DNA of 64,000 nt from Anaerohalosphaeraceae bacterium (GCA_963675525.2 CAXXSL010000016.1:224001-288000), one strand, 5' to 3'; counted from the stretch's first letter, positions 43,032 to 52,523 are shown. The notes: generated by a model not told the origin, from the sequence alone. Translations and numbers: made by a program.

Positions 43032-43490
43032 TTAGCCTCCCGATTGATCCCGTCTGACATAGGTATAAAATGTGCTGCCGGGATCGGAGCTTTCCGGGGT
43101 TTCCTGTTGATAATCTGATCGCCATTGCACAAAAACACTTAATTCCCGAAGTGTGACCCCGGTGGTGACACTGGTATCGATATCGCGGGATAACAAACTC
43201 AGATAGAACGGTATATCGTCAACCGTGGCCAAGTATTTGTTATTTTCCGTTGTCAGCTTAATAATGCCAAGGTTCAGTTTTGCCGGATCATACGCATCGC
43301 TACCGCCAAGACTTTTCCAGTTCTCAAGAAGCAGCAATCCAATCCGTGCTGCGGCCATTTTTGTGTTGCCGACTTTTGCCTGCTGGACGGCATGAAACTG
43401 GTAGCTGATGGCGCCAAGCGAAACGATTGCCAAAACAGCAATTGTAATGACTACTTCAATCAGTGTATAAGCTGATTTATGTTTAACCAT
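43032..43490 (-). CDS. PilV/GspI-like minor pilin
   Basis: SA|YTLIEVVI (Ala at -1); start at MVKHK. Confidence 0.75.
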   Translation of the reverse strand: MVKHKSAYTLIEVVITIAVLAIVSLGAISYQFHAVQQAKVGNTKMAAARIGLLLLENWKSLGGSDAYDPAKLNLGIIKLTTENNKYLATVDDIPFYLSLLSRDIDTSVTTGVTLRELSVFVQWRSDYQQETPESSDPGSTFYTYVRRDQSGG

Positions 43491-43553
43491 TTTTCTGCTT
43501 TCCCATTTAATCATACATCCATCAAATCGGAATGATGCCCGGCGAAAATCATA

Positions 43554-43592
43554 GAAAGCGGGGATGGCTGTCATCCAACCTTCCCCGCTTCC
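43554..43592 (-). terminator. Intercistronic hairpin after the major pilin gene
   Basis: AAGCGGGGA...TCCCCGCTT stem between the major and minor pilin genes. Confidence 0.6.
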
Positions 43593-43631
43593 TGATCCGC
43601 TCGAGCATCTAATGTCTTTAATTGTCAATGC

Positions 43632-44015
43632 TTACTGCTTTGTCCAGGTACCGTCCTGGCCCAGCACATACGTCCCGGTCGGCGCATTGGTCTGGCTACC
43701 GGTAACACTGACAGCCACTTTGCCTGTCGTTGTGCTTGCGCTGCTGAGCGTAAAGTCACCCGCCACAAAGTACGTGCCCGTCAGGTCGCCGGAATTGAAT
43801 CCCAGGTCCGTCATGGAAACGCCTGTAGAAATGGTACCATGCTCGGCAAAGTACACGCGACCGGCCGACTGGATGGTTCCGGCCATAGCATTCGCTTCGG
43901 CCCATTTCGCTGAATCAATGCGACCCCGCATCAGCGGAATCGAGGCAGCTGCCAAGATACCCACGATGAGGATGACGACCATCAGCTCAATCAAAGTAAA
44001 ACCTTTTTTCTTCAT
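43632..44015 (-). CDS. Major type IV pilin
   Basis: [23 protein letters not shown]; 127 aa; GGAG RBS. Confidence 0.9.
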   Translation of the reverse strand: MKKKGFTLIELMVVILIVGILAAASIPLMRGRIDSAKWAEANAMAGTIQSAGRVYFAEHGTISTGVSMTDLGFNSGDLTGTYFVAGDFTLSSASTTTGKVAVSVTGSQTNAPTGTYVLGQDGTWTKQ

Positions 44016-44074
44016 TTTACAATCTCCCAAAAAATTAAATGGTTTTTCAAATACAGTACCTAATTCCATTGTTT

Positions 44075-44101
44075 ATTTCGTATAACCACTATTGCGACTT
44101 A
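44075..44101 (-). promoter_or_regulatory. Weak sigma28-like promoter upstream of the major pilin
   Basis: TAAG-N15-TACGAAAT. Confidence 0.35.
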
Positions 44102-44139
44102 ACAAAAAATATGTCTTTTCATCTGTTTTTTGATTGCGA

Positions 44140-45345
44140 TTACCCCGGCGTCATGGAGAAAATCGGCAGATACATCGCCAAAATAACGACCAGCACGATG
44201 GCTCCGACCACAACAATCAAAAACGGTTCCAGCATTCCCAGCATCATGGAAACCAGTCCATCGACCTTTTTTTCGTAATATTCGCTGGTTTTATCCATTA
44301 CAGAAGACAGTGAGCCGCTGTTTTCGCCGATTTGGGCCATCTTGATCGAAACACCCGGGAAAAACCCGATGGTTTCCATGCTCTGTGAAACACTCATGCC
44401 TTCCACCATTTTTTCACGCGTCTTGAGAACGCCCTCCCGCAAGACATCGTTATCGGTCATTCCCGATAGAATACCAAACGCATCCAGCACCGGAACACCC
44501 GACGAGATCAGCGTTGCCAGCGTCCGGCAAAACATTGCTACAAACGCCATCAAAATGATTTTTCCGAGAATCGGAACCGACAGAATAAATTTGGAAACCT
44601 TCTGATGGCCTGTCGTTGTTTTGGAATAAAACACCAAGCTCACCACCGCGGTCAATCCGCCAATCAAAATAAAGGGAGCATTCTTCATGATCACATTATA
44701 GATCGCCATAAAGCCCTGGGTAAACGCGGGAAGTTCTCCGTTGAATTCTTCAAACATCGTCGTAAAACGAGGGATAATAAACGTCATCAGAACAATAACA
44801 ATTAAAACAATAAAGACAATCACGAAGGCCGGATAAGCCATTGCGCCGCGCACTTTTCGAATCAGTTTATCCCGGTTCTCATAGTGTTCCGCCAGACGCT
44901 CGAGGGTTTTTGTCAGAGAACCGCCTGTTTCGCCGGCCATGATCATCGCACTGCTGAGTTTGCTGAATACTTTGGGGTATTCTTCAAAACAATCGGCCAG
45001 GGTCAATCCTTTGCCGAGCTTTGCGGCAACTTCTTTCAGCACAAATTCAAAATAGGGATTGGGGATTTCATCAGCAATCGTATCAATCGCCGTGGTAATC
45101 GGAAGACCGCCGGACAACATTGTGCTCAACTGCCAGCAAAATGTCGCCAGATCGGCAGATTTGACACGCTTGTAACTGATCGTCGTGCTTTTTTCCTGTT
45201 GAGCCGTCTGGATTTCCTGAATCGAAACCGGCGTCAACCTTTCTTCTCTGAGAAACATCAGAACCTCTTCCTGAGAAGATGCCTGCTTGATGCTTTCTAC
45301 ACAGTTGCCTGACTGATCCCATGCTGTATATTCAAACGTACTCAT
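44140..45345 (-). CDS. pilC: Platform protein PilC/GspF
   Basis: QLSTMLSGGLP, AGETGG, AMAYP, GENSG, EP, AMYLPIF. Confidence 0.93.
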   Translation of the reverse strand: MSTFEYTAWDQSGNCVESIKQASSQEEVLMFLREERLTPVSIQEIQTAQQEKSTTISYKRVKSADLATFCWQLSTMLSGGLPITTAIDTIADEIPNPYFEFVLKEVAAKLGKGLTLADCFEEYPKVFSKLSSAMIMAGETGGSLTKTLERLAEHYENRDKLIRKVRGAMAYPAFVIVFIVLIVIVLMTFIIPRFTTMFEEFNGELPAFTQGFMAIYNVIMKNAPFILIGGLTAVVSLVFYSKTTTGHQKVSKFILSVPILGKIILMAFVAMFCRTLATLISSGVPVLDAFGILSGMTDNDVLREGVLKTREKMVEGMSVSQSMETIGFFPGVSIKMAQIGENSGSLSSVMDKTSEYYEKKVDGLVSMMLGMLEPFLIVVVGAIVLVVILAMYLPIFSMTPG

Positions 45346-45618
45346 CTTGACCCTTAAAATTTTTCATCTAAATTCTTCCACTTTGAGTTTCGGTTTTTTT
45401 GATGAGAGGATTGACAAATTTGCCCGCTGTTTTTAAGAAAATCTTGAGGTACAGCATGGTCTCATAATAACAAACCACAAAGCAACCAAATCAAAAAACA
45501 AACGTCCCATTCCTTATTCTGAACAGAAACCGCGTCAAATACCTTTCTGTCTTTTCGGCTTTGCTCGCTCATCGTCCGATAATTCCCCACAGTCAAATGG
45601 GCCGAAATGGCGGCTTAC

Positions 45619-45647
45619 TTGCAATTCACTGCCAAATACGGTATAAT
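45619..45647 (+). promoter_or_regulatory. Sigma70-like promoter for the 45686 gene
   Basis: TTGCAA-N17-TATAAT. Confidence 0.6.
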
Positions 45648-45685
45648 ACGATTGCAGTTAAATGGGTGAGGAATGAAAGAAAAGC

Positions 45686-46099
45686 GTGATGGAAAGAAAA
45701 AAAACAATTTGTGAATATTGTGATCGTGAAATAGGTAAGCATCAAAAGCCTCGTCTGGACGGTCGCCATCTCGTCTGTCCGACATGCAACAAGATTCTGA
45801 TGGACAGCCAAATAGTAATCCGCCCTATCATCGTTAAGGACGCAACCTATCCCTGGCTGCGTATCCCTTCGGTTTTGCTGGGAAGCATCGGCCTATTGGG
45901 TATTCTGCCGGTAAAATTCCAAGCGGCAGCGTCCATGCTGTCTTTCTTTCGCATGCCGTCGGTTGGAATGTGTTGTCTGATCGTGGCGGGATCCGCAACA
46001 TTGTTCGTTCTGTCAATCACCGTTGTTAAAGAAACGAAAAAAACGGATGTTGTTCAGGCCGTCCCGGAGCATCTGCATGAGAGTTGGCGAAGCCAATAG
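45686..46099 (+). CDS. Zinc-ribbon, two-TM hypothetical protein, opposite strand to the pilus genes
   Basis: CEYC...CPTC, two hydrophobic helices, own promoter and GAGG RBS. Confidence 0.65.
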   Translation: MMERKKTICEYCDREIGKHQKPRLDGRHLVCPTCNKILMDSQIVIRPIIVKDATYPWLRIPSVLLGSIGLLGILPVKFQAAASMLSFFRMPSVGMCCLIVAGSATLFVLSITVVKETKKTDVVQAVPEHLHESWRSQ

Positions 46100-46118
46100 C
46101 ATTTAACGATTGCGGTTT

Positions 46119-47888
46119 CTATGAAGCCAGATTCTCGGCATACGTTACACGGAGAATCTCTTCCGCCGTCGTAAGACCGTTCAGGACGCGCGAGGCACCG
46201 CTTTTCAGCAAATCCCCGTATCCCATACTCCGGGCAATGCTGCGGATTTCGACTTCCTTGGCGCCGGTCGCCAGAGCCTCTCGTATTTGCTGATCCATCG
46301 GCAGAAACTCAAAAATAGGCAGTCGTCCCCGATAGCCGGTATTGCCGCAATCGGAACATCCCTTGCCATGGTAAAATTGGGTCCCGGCTATTTGCTCGTC
46401 CGTCAAATTCAGTCGCCGGAGCAATTCAGCCGGCACATCGACAGGCTCCCTGCATTTATCACAAATCCGACGCACTAAACGCTGTGCGAGGATCATGTTC
46501 AGTGATGACGCCAGCAGGTAAGGTTCCAGGCCCATATAGATCAGACGGCTTAGGGCACTCGGTGCATCATTGGTATGGAAGGTGCTGAGAACCAGGTGAC
46601 CTGTTAATGAGGCCTTAATGGCAATTTCCATGGTTTCCTTGTCACGAATTTCGCCAATCAGAATAATATCCGGGTCCTGACGCAGGATTGAACGCAGGCA
46701 GGCAGCAAAAGTTAAACCAATGTCCGGCTTGACGTGTGTTTGGTTAATACCGGCCAGCCGATATTCAACCGGATCCTCAACCGTCGTAATATTTTTATTC
46801 GGATCGCGCAGTTCGTTCAGCGCGGAATAGAGCGTTGTGCTCTTCCCGCTACCGGTCGGACCGGTCACAATAATAATCCCATGCGGTTGATTCAATGTTG
46901 ACTTAAACTGGTTCAAAAGACCGGGTTCCAGACCCAGGCTGTTCAGATCGTGATTGACCGCTGTCTTATCCAAAATACGCATCACGATCTTTTCGCCGTA
47001 AATCGTGGGAAGCGAAGAAACGCGAACATCAATATCTTCTTTGCCCTGACCCCGTTTGATTTTAAAACGACCATCCTGCGGCAGCCGCCGTTCGGCAATA
47101 TCCATCTCAGAAAGAATTTTGATGCGGGCAAGAACGGCGGCATGCATTTTACGCGGAGGCGGCACCATCTCCATCAACAAACCATCCACGCGCATCCGGA
47201 TATTCATGGATCTTTCCTGCGGCTCAATATGAATATCACTGGCACGGCTCTTGATCGCCTGGCTAAGCATCAAATCCACAAACCGGATGACCGGCGCATC
47301 ATCGGCATCAACCGAGTCTGAAAGCCCCGCTTCAAGCGACTGCTCCAGCAAATCGTCGGCGTCATTGCTGATCTCAAACTCAACCAGATCGCGTATTTTC
47401 TGCTCTTCAACATCCGTTCCGTGATAAACATATTCAATCGCACGCTGTATTTCAGTTTCGGACGCCAGAACTGTTTTGATCGATTTTTTCAGTTTGACTG
47501 AAACCGTATCGATCGCAATCACATTCAGGGGATCGGACATGGCAACCGTCACACGGTCATCTTCCTGCCCGACCGCCAGCACATTAAACCGTTTGGCAAT
47601 ATTTTCCGGCACGGTCCGTGCGATATTCTTGTCAATGACGGATAATTCTTCCAGCGAAAAAGATTCCATTCCCAGATATTCAGCCAGCAGTTGGATCAAC
47701 ATCGTATCATCCAGCGACTTATTCTGGACCAGAACATGTCCCAACCGGCCGCCATCGGCCTGTTGTTTATCCAGCGCCTTCTGGAGTTGATCGGCGTTGA
47801 TACGGCCTTTCTGGATCAGCCAATCGCCAAAAAGACAATTGTCTTTAATGGCAACCTGTGAACTATATTGTGCGTTTTGGTTTATCAT
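46119..47888 (-). CDS. pilB: Pilus assembly ATPase PilB/GspE
   Basis: ASDIHIEP, GPTGSGKST, TVEDPVE, LRQDPD, GEIRD, tetracysteine motif. Confidence 0.95.
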   Translation of the reverse strand: MINQNAQYSSQVAIKDNCLFGDWLIQKGRINADQLQKALDKQQADGGRLGHVLVQNKSLDDTMLIQLLAEYLGMESFSLEELSVIDKNIARTVPENIAKRFNVLAVGQEDDRVTVAMSDPLNVIAIDTVSVKLKKSIKTVLASETEIQRAIEYVYHGTDVEEQKIRDLVEFEISNDADDLLEQSLEAGLSDSVDADDAPVIRFVDLMLSQAIKSRASDIHIEPQERSMNIRMRVDGLLMEMVPPPRKMHAAVLARIKILSEMDIAERRLPQDGRFKIKRGQGKEDIDVRVSSLPTIYGEKIVMRILDKTAVNHDLNSLGLEPGLLNQFKSTLNQPHGIIIVTGPTGSGKSTTLYSALNELRDPNKNITTVEDPVEYRLAGINQTHVKPDIGLTFAACLRSILRQDPDIILIGEIRDKETMEIAIKASLTGHLVLSTFHTNDAPSALSRLIYMGLEPYLLASSLNMILAQRLVRRICDKCREPVDVPAELLRRLNLTDEQIAGTQFYHGKGCSDCGNTGYRGRLPIFEFLPMDQQIREALATGAKEVEIRSIARSMGYGDLLKSGASRVLNGLTTAEEILRVTYAENLAS

Positions 47889-47909
47889 AATAAGAGTACA
47901 TTCGGCGCC

Positions 47910-49202
47910 TTAATTACCATACTCGAAAGTAACCACTTCTTCTGTTTCCTTTTGTGTCTGATTTTCAGGTGATATCGTCCGGTTATTAAAAACAAACTTC
48001 TGGATTGTTTCAGAGAGTTTATGGCTGTCTACCGGCTTAGTCAGAAAATCGTCAAAAAGAGATGCGATTTGAATGTTTTCCTTCTCATTGAGTACTTTTG
48101 CAGACAGCGCGACAACCGGTGTATCGGGCTTTGCTTCCTGAATTTTCCGGGTTGCTTCATATCCGTCCATACGCGGCATTTTCAGATCCATCAAAATCAG
48201 ATCGTAGTCTTTTTCGAGGGCTTTTTCAACTCCCTCCTGTCCGTCTTCGGCTGTATCAACCGATACACCCAGTACTTCAAGCATCAGGCTAATGACTGTT
48301 CGGTTGGACTGCTGGTCCTCCACCAGCAAAATAAGAGGCGTCTTGGCGGCTTCATTGGGGACAATCGGTTCGGACTGCGTTTCCTGTGAACACAGTCCGA
48401 GTCTGGGAGCACACTGGTCTTCGATCCCCGTCGGCAAAATAATCGAAAATACGGACCCGACATTAAGTTCACTGGTGACCTCAATGTGACCGCCCAGCAG
48501 TACAACCAACTGTTTGGTCAAGGGCAATCCCGCCGCAACAGAAAATCCCATATCGAGCATGGTCAACACTTCATCCTGCGCGTCTTCCTGCCGCACCACA
48601 GGTTCAAAAACGCCGTCGATCTTCTCGGGACTAATCCCGATACCGCTGTCAATAACGTCAAATCTGACACACGGTTTACCGTCCAGATAGTAAGACAGAA
48701 TACGGATTCGAACATTACCTTCTTTGGTGTACTTGAAAGCATTGGCCACCAGATTAACCAGACATTTCGACAACCGGTCTTCATCCGTCAAGATCTGAGC
48801 GGGTAAATCCGGATCGATCTCAACATCATACCCCAACCCTTTGTCGGAAGCCGCAGAAGAAAGAATGCCTTCGAGCTCTTTGATGATTGCCGCAAGATCA
48901 CACTTTTTTTTGCTGATCTGCAGTCGGGCCGACTCCAGTCTGGCCCAGTCCAGAACTTCATTGACCAGTGCAGACAGTCCGTTTCCGGCCTGGTTGATTT
49001 CGCCGACATATTCCCGCAGTTCATCGGTAAGCTGTTCGGAAAGAAGAAGATCGCTAAAGCCGATCACCGCATTGGACAACGTGCGAATCTGATAGGCCAT
49101 ATTATCAATCAAACGTCCCTTGGCTTGAAGGGATGCTTCGTTTTTTTGGATCAGCTTTTGGAGTTCTTCGGTTGAACGAAAATCAGTTTCATCTTTGTTC
49201 AT
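47910..49202 (-). CDS. Hybrid histidine-kinase-like protein plus receiver, phosphoacceptor His replaced by Tyr
   Basis: NMAYQIRTLSN in place of NMSHEIRTPLN; N box NLVANAFKYT, G1 DSGIGI, degenerate G2; receiver ED..MDLKMP..SA..KP. Confidence 0.88.
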   Translation of the reverse strand: MNKDETDFRSTEELQKLIQKNEASLQAKGRLIDNMAYQIRTLSNAVIGFSDLLLSEQLTDELREYVGEINQAGNGLSALVNEVLDWARLESARLQISKKKCDLAAIIKELEGILSSAASDKGLGYDVEIDPDLPAQILTDEDRLSKCLVNLVANAFKYTKEGNVRIRILSYYLDGKPCVRFDVIDSGIGISPEKIDGVFEPVVRQEDAQDEVLTMLDMGFSVAAGLPLTKQLVVLLGGHIEVTSELNVGSVFSIILPTGIEDQCAPRLGLCSQETQSEPIVPNEAAKTPLILLVEDQQSNRTVISLMLEVLGVSVDTAEDGQEGVEKALEKDYDLILMDLKMPRMDGYEATRKIQEAKPDTPVVALSAKVLNEKENIQIASLFDDFLTKPVDSHKLSETIQKFVFNNRTISPENQTQKETEEVVTFEYGN

Positions 49203-49353
49203 TATTCTGTTCCTTTTCAGCTTACCTTTCTTTGTTTATTTTTAGCTTTTGTCCGGTATTCAGACAAAAAGGCACCTTTCTGCTTCGGTTGATTCAAGGG
49301 AGTAATTAATGAAAAAAACTCGGATAATTCACAATTTGATAAAAAGAAAAGAG

Positions 49354-49380
49354 TTATCGGACTTTTTTGGAAAAGATTGA
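49354..49380 (-). promoter_or_regulatory. Sigma28 (FliA)-like promoter heading the pilus cluster
   Basis: TCAA-N15-TCCGATAA versus consensus TAAA-N15-GCCGATAA. Confidence 0.6.
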
Positions 49381-49447
49381 ACTCCGGCAATAGAGTCGTT
49401 ATACTCTCTTTGTTACTCAGCCATCTTAATATCTGGAAAGGATAGTC

Positions 49448-49861
49448 ATGATTAAAGCGATCGCTCATATTTGTATTTCAACGCGGGATTTGGATAAAAC
49501 TGAGACGTTTTATTGCTCCTGTTTGGGACTGGTAAAGAAATTTGATTTCATCAAAGACGGCAACGTCGCCGGTTTCTATCTTCGGATCAATGACGTTAAC
49601 TTTATTGAGGTTTTTCAGACGGAGGGTCCTTCATCCGACCAGGAGTCGCCGATCAAGCACTTTTGCCTGGAAGTCGATGATATCGACAAGACCATAGAAG
49701 CTGTCAGGAAATGCGGTGTTGAGATTGCCAACAAGAAAATGGGCTGTGACAACTCATGGCAGGCCTGGTTGACCGACCCTAATGGGATTAAAATAGAACT
49801 CCATCAATATACAGATAACAGTTGTCAGGTCACCGGCGGTGATTGTGAGATAAATTTTTAA
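49448..49861 (+). CDS. VOC/glyoxalase family protein
   Basis: IAHICI, FY..LGL, HFCLEVDDI, DPNGIKIELH. Confidence 0.88.
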   Translation: MIKAIAHICISTRDLDKTETFYCSCLGLVKKFDFIKDGNVAGFYLRINDVNFIEVFQTEGPSSDQESPIKHFCLEVDDIDKTIEAVRKCGVEIANKKMGCDNSWQAWLTDPNGIKIELHQYTDNSCQVTGGDCEINF

Positions 49862-49961
49862 AGAGATGGCTGTAGATGATATGGCACCATCTACAGCCAT
49901 TGTACAATTTATTTCTCCTGTTTTCCTCTTTCCATTACCTTCCTCGTACTCCTAAATACCA
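49861..49961 (-). ncRNA. Candidate GGA-repeat (CsrB/Rsm-like) small RNA
   Basis: Promoter TTGACA-N17-TATCCT (49996-49968), five GGA motifs, then the 13-bp hairpin. Confidence 0.4.
49866..49900. terminator. Perfect 13-bp hairpin
   Basis: ATGGCTGTAGATG-N9-CATCTACAGCCAT directly after the VOC stop codon. Confidence 0.7.
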
Positions 49962-50102
49962 AGTATTAGGATACTTAATTAGTCCTATAATGTCAAGTGT
50001 TAATCTGGAAAAACTCATTATTGGCTAATCACTATCTATCCACTTTTGAGGCAAGACTCGACAGGTGTTGGATACGTTGATGCAGGAGTCGTTATGACAT
50101 CC

Positions 50103-50666
50103 TTAAATAGCATCTCTTTCTTTATGCTCTTTTATCAAAGAATCTAAGAGAATCAATACCTCTTCATAGGTTTGCGGCTTGGCCATAACCATTTCATAGA
50201 TATAATCGGCCGTCAGTATCTGTTTTTTTCCGGCTGTTCCATTATTATGTATTTCTCGAATTCCCCGATTCCATATTTCTTCGAATCGTTTTGCATAACT
50301 TTCCTTTATGCCTCTGCCCAGATCCTGAACCGTTGTCCAGTCTAAGATCGCCTGTTCATAATCAAATCTTCGTTTATGTTTTTTTCCAAGGTCCCAAATG
50401 TAATTTTTCACGACCCCCATTTGCATCGCTGTACGGTCATCACAAAAAGCCCTCATTGCCGCATATTTCATATGACAGACCTCATCATAGTTTCTGCCGC
50501 AGATCTGTTCTATGGTTATCCGATGGACATGGCTTTCGGGGATTTCAAGGTCCAAAACCTTCGTCTTTCTTTGTTCCGGCTTCAGAATGTCCTCGAAAAT
50601 GCAATGCTCGCAGACAATGCACCGTGTAATTAAATCTTCAGAAGATCCCTCTAATTTTACCTTCAT
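50103..50666 (-). CDS. Hypothetical protein with Cys cluster
   Basis: 187-aa ORF, AGGTGA RBS, CIVCEHC plus CxxxxxxxC. Confidence 0.7.
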   Translation of the reverse strand: MKVKLEGSSEDLITRCIVCEHCIFEDILKPEQRKTKVLDLEIPESHVHRITIEQICGRNYDEVCHMKYAAMRAFCDDRTAMQMGVVKNYIWDLGKKHKRRFDYEQAILDWTTVQDLGRGIKESYAKRFEEIWNRGIREIHNNGTAGKKQILTADYIYEMVMAKPQTYEEVLILLDSLIKEHKERDAI

Positions 50667-51132
50667 TTCATCACCTGTATTTTATTTTCACCAATTTTTC
50701 ACGAGATATACTTTTATATCCCGCCACATCTTTTTGTGTCAAACGTCATGAGACCATAGCCGACCTATTCTCTCTGTATTGAGTTTGCCGGAGCATAGGT
50801 CCCGGTGGCAATTATAATCCATTCGTTAACTACGTCAAGCAGGCACTTATCGCTTTAACTTTTTCTGTGATATTAATGCTGATAATGAAGTATTTTTAGC
50901 TGTCCCATTCCTTGGCTCATTGTGAACCAATATTATAGGGCAAAGTGAGTCGCTAACATATTTCTTGAAATGTATTTCACTTGGGATTGTGTATCAGAAC
51001 GTATCATATACCAAACATATTTTCCACGTGCAAATTGACAAATGGCGACATTGCCACCTGCAAATTGTTCTAAATAAAATAATATATCAAAGGATACGAG
51101 CTTCTGAATTGCCTGAGGCAGTTCAAAAAAAC

Positions 51133-51306
51133 CTACTCGGTTGAGCGAATCTCAAGGACTTTACTTCTGATAGTACTGGCAACTGTTTTAATCTGCTGCA
51201 TTTGTTTTCTAACTCTCGTCCCTGCCGCCTTGTTTCCAGTTCCGGCTTTATTGAGGTCATCTTCAATCTCAGAAACCAGTGTTTTGAGGTCTTCGTATTC
51301 TTTCAT
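51133..51306 (-). CDS. Histone H1-like (Hc1 family) small basic protein; missing from the ORF track
   Basis: Own translation MKEYEDLKTLVSEIEDDLNKAGTGNKAAGTRVRKQMQQIKTVASTIRSKVLEIRSTE; GNKAAGTRxRK signature; AAGGA RBS; promoter TTGACA-N17-TACGCT at 51375-51347. Confidence 0.85.
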   Translation of the reverse strand: MKEYEDLKTLVSEIEDDLNKAGTGNKAAGTRVRKQMQQIKTVASTIRSKVLEIRSTE

Positions 51307-51394
51307 TTTTATCCTTTAAAAGTATGTTAACTATCATTCCGAAGGAAGCGTACCAGCAGGAATGGGCATTGTCAAAGCAAAACTTGTCATCCCT

Positions 51395-52180
51395 CTATAA
51401 AAACACGACTTCCCCTGCATCTCTCAACGGAGCTGCCTTCAGTTCAAAATCCATCTTGACCCCCGCATCCCTGAAAGAATCCTGAGTTTCCTTGATTGCA
51501 ATCTTTGGTTCATTTCTCTGACTACTCAGATGCCCCAGCATGATCATCTGGGGAGCTTTCTTGCTCTCCTTCCTGATATTCAATATCAGCTCTGCCGTAT
51601 CGGGATTGGGCATATGAAATCGACTATTGGGATTGAAATATTTCCTCAATAACTCCAGATCATGATTCGATTCGACAAAAATAAAATCTGCATCGATAAA
51701 GTGATCAAAAACAGATTCCCAATCCAGGAAATCCGTCACAATAATAATTTTCTTGTCCTGACAATGAATCTGGTATCCATAGGTAGGATAAGAGGGATTA
51801 TGCATCACTTCAAAAGGCTTAATACAAAAATCCCCTACCGTGAATTTCTTGTTTTTGTAAGTCAATATATTCAGATTCTTAAATCCATAACTATTGAAAT
51901 GCTTTTCCTTTAGCTGGCCCATAGAATCATCATGAAGACGGATCGTAAGCCCATAGTCCTCAAGGACTCTGAGTGGATAGTAGGAAATATGATCTCCATG
52001 CATATGAGTTAAAAGAACGGAGTCTATTTGAGCAGGATCATTAAAGAGGGTTGTTAAGGCATGCCGTGTTCTCTTCATAGAGGACAGTCCGCAGTCAATG
52101 ACCAGTTTGGTCGTATCCGACCATAGGGCAAGGCAATTGCCGGAACTGCTGCTGCAAATAGATTGAAAATAGATGGACAT
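51395..52180 (-). CDS. MBL-fold metallohydrolase (YycJ/WalJ-like)
   Basis: SSSSGN, IDCG, THMHGDH, ESNHD, GHLS; start at MSIYF. Confidence 0.85.
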   Translation of the reverse strand: MSIYFQSICSSSSGNCLALWSDTTKLVIDCGLSSMKRTRHALTTLFNDPAQIDSVLLTHMHGDHISYYPLRVLEDYGLTIRLHDDSMGQLKEKHFNSYGFKNLNILTYKNKKFTVGDFCIKPFEVMHNPSYPTYGYQIHCQDKKIIIVTDFLDWESVFDHFIDADFIFVESNHDLELLRKYFNPNSRFHMPNPDTAELILNIRKESKKAPQMIMLGHLSSQRNEPKIAIKETQDSFRDAGVKMDFELKAAPLRDAGEVVFL

Positions 52181-52301
52181 GTTTCGCTTTCTAAACAGTC
52201 TTTTTTCACGTTTTAGAATTGTATCATATTTTTTCATTTTTCCCAGAATATTCTTCAGATCACGTTGATAAGCTAAAGTGAATATCTTATATTTGAGTAT
52301 A

Positions 52302-52523
52302 GTATGTAGTGAAGCAGGAATTAAAACCTCAGACAAATTATGTCTGCACTGCCTCAGGAAGAGTTGGGCTTGTAATCTGGCTGAGAATGGCATTGCTCCT
52401 AAAACCCTCTGTGAACTCGGAGGATGGTCGAACCCATCGACTTTGCATGAGTATTATACTAGGGTCAGTGATGCCAACAGAGAGAAGGCAAGGCAGGTGT
52501 TGGATGAGTTGATGGGGGAGTGA
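52302..52523 (+). pseudogene. Tyrosine integrase C-terminal fragment
   Basis: HCLRKSWA (HxxR), LGGWS, YY catalytic region; N-terminal domains absent. Confidence 0.8.

Noticed and set aside
32701..45582. Isolated TCCGATAA boxes at 32701 (+), ~38494 (-) and ~45575 (+) as sigma28 promoters
   Set aside because: No TAAA/TCAA-like -35 element at 15-16 bp spacing
52181..52393. Long N-terminal extension of the MBL hydrolase, and similar extensions of licD, the kinase, the sulfatase and the pilins
   Set aside because: They overlap neighbouring features; family motifs and RBS support the downstream starts
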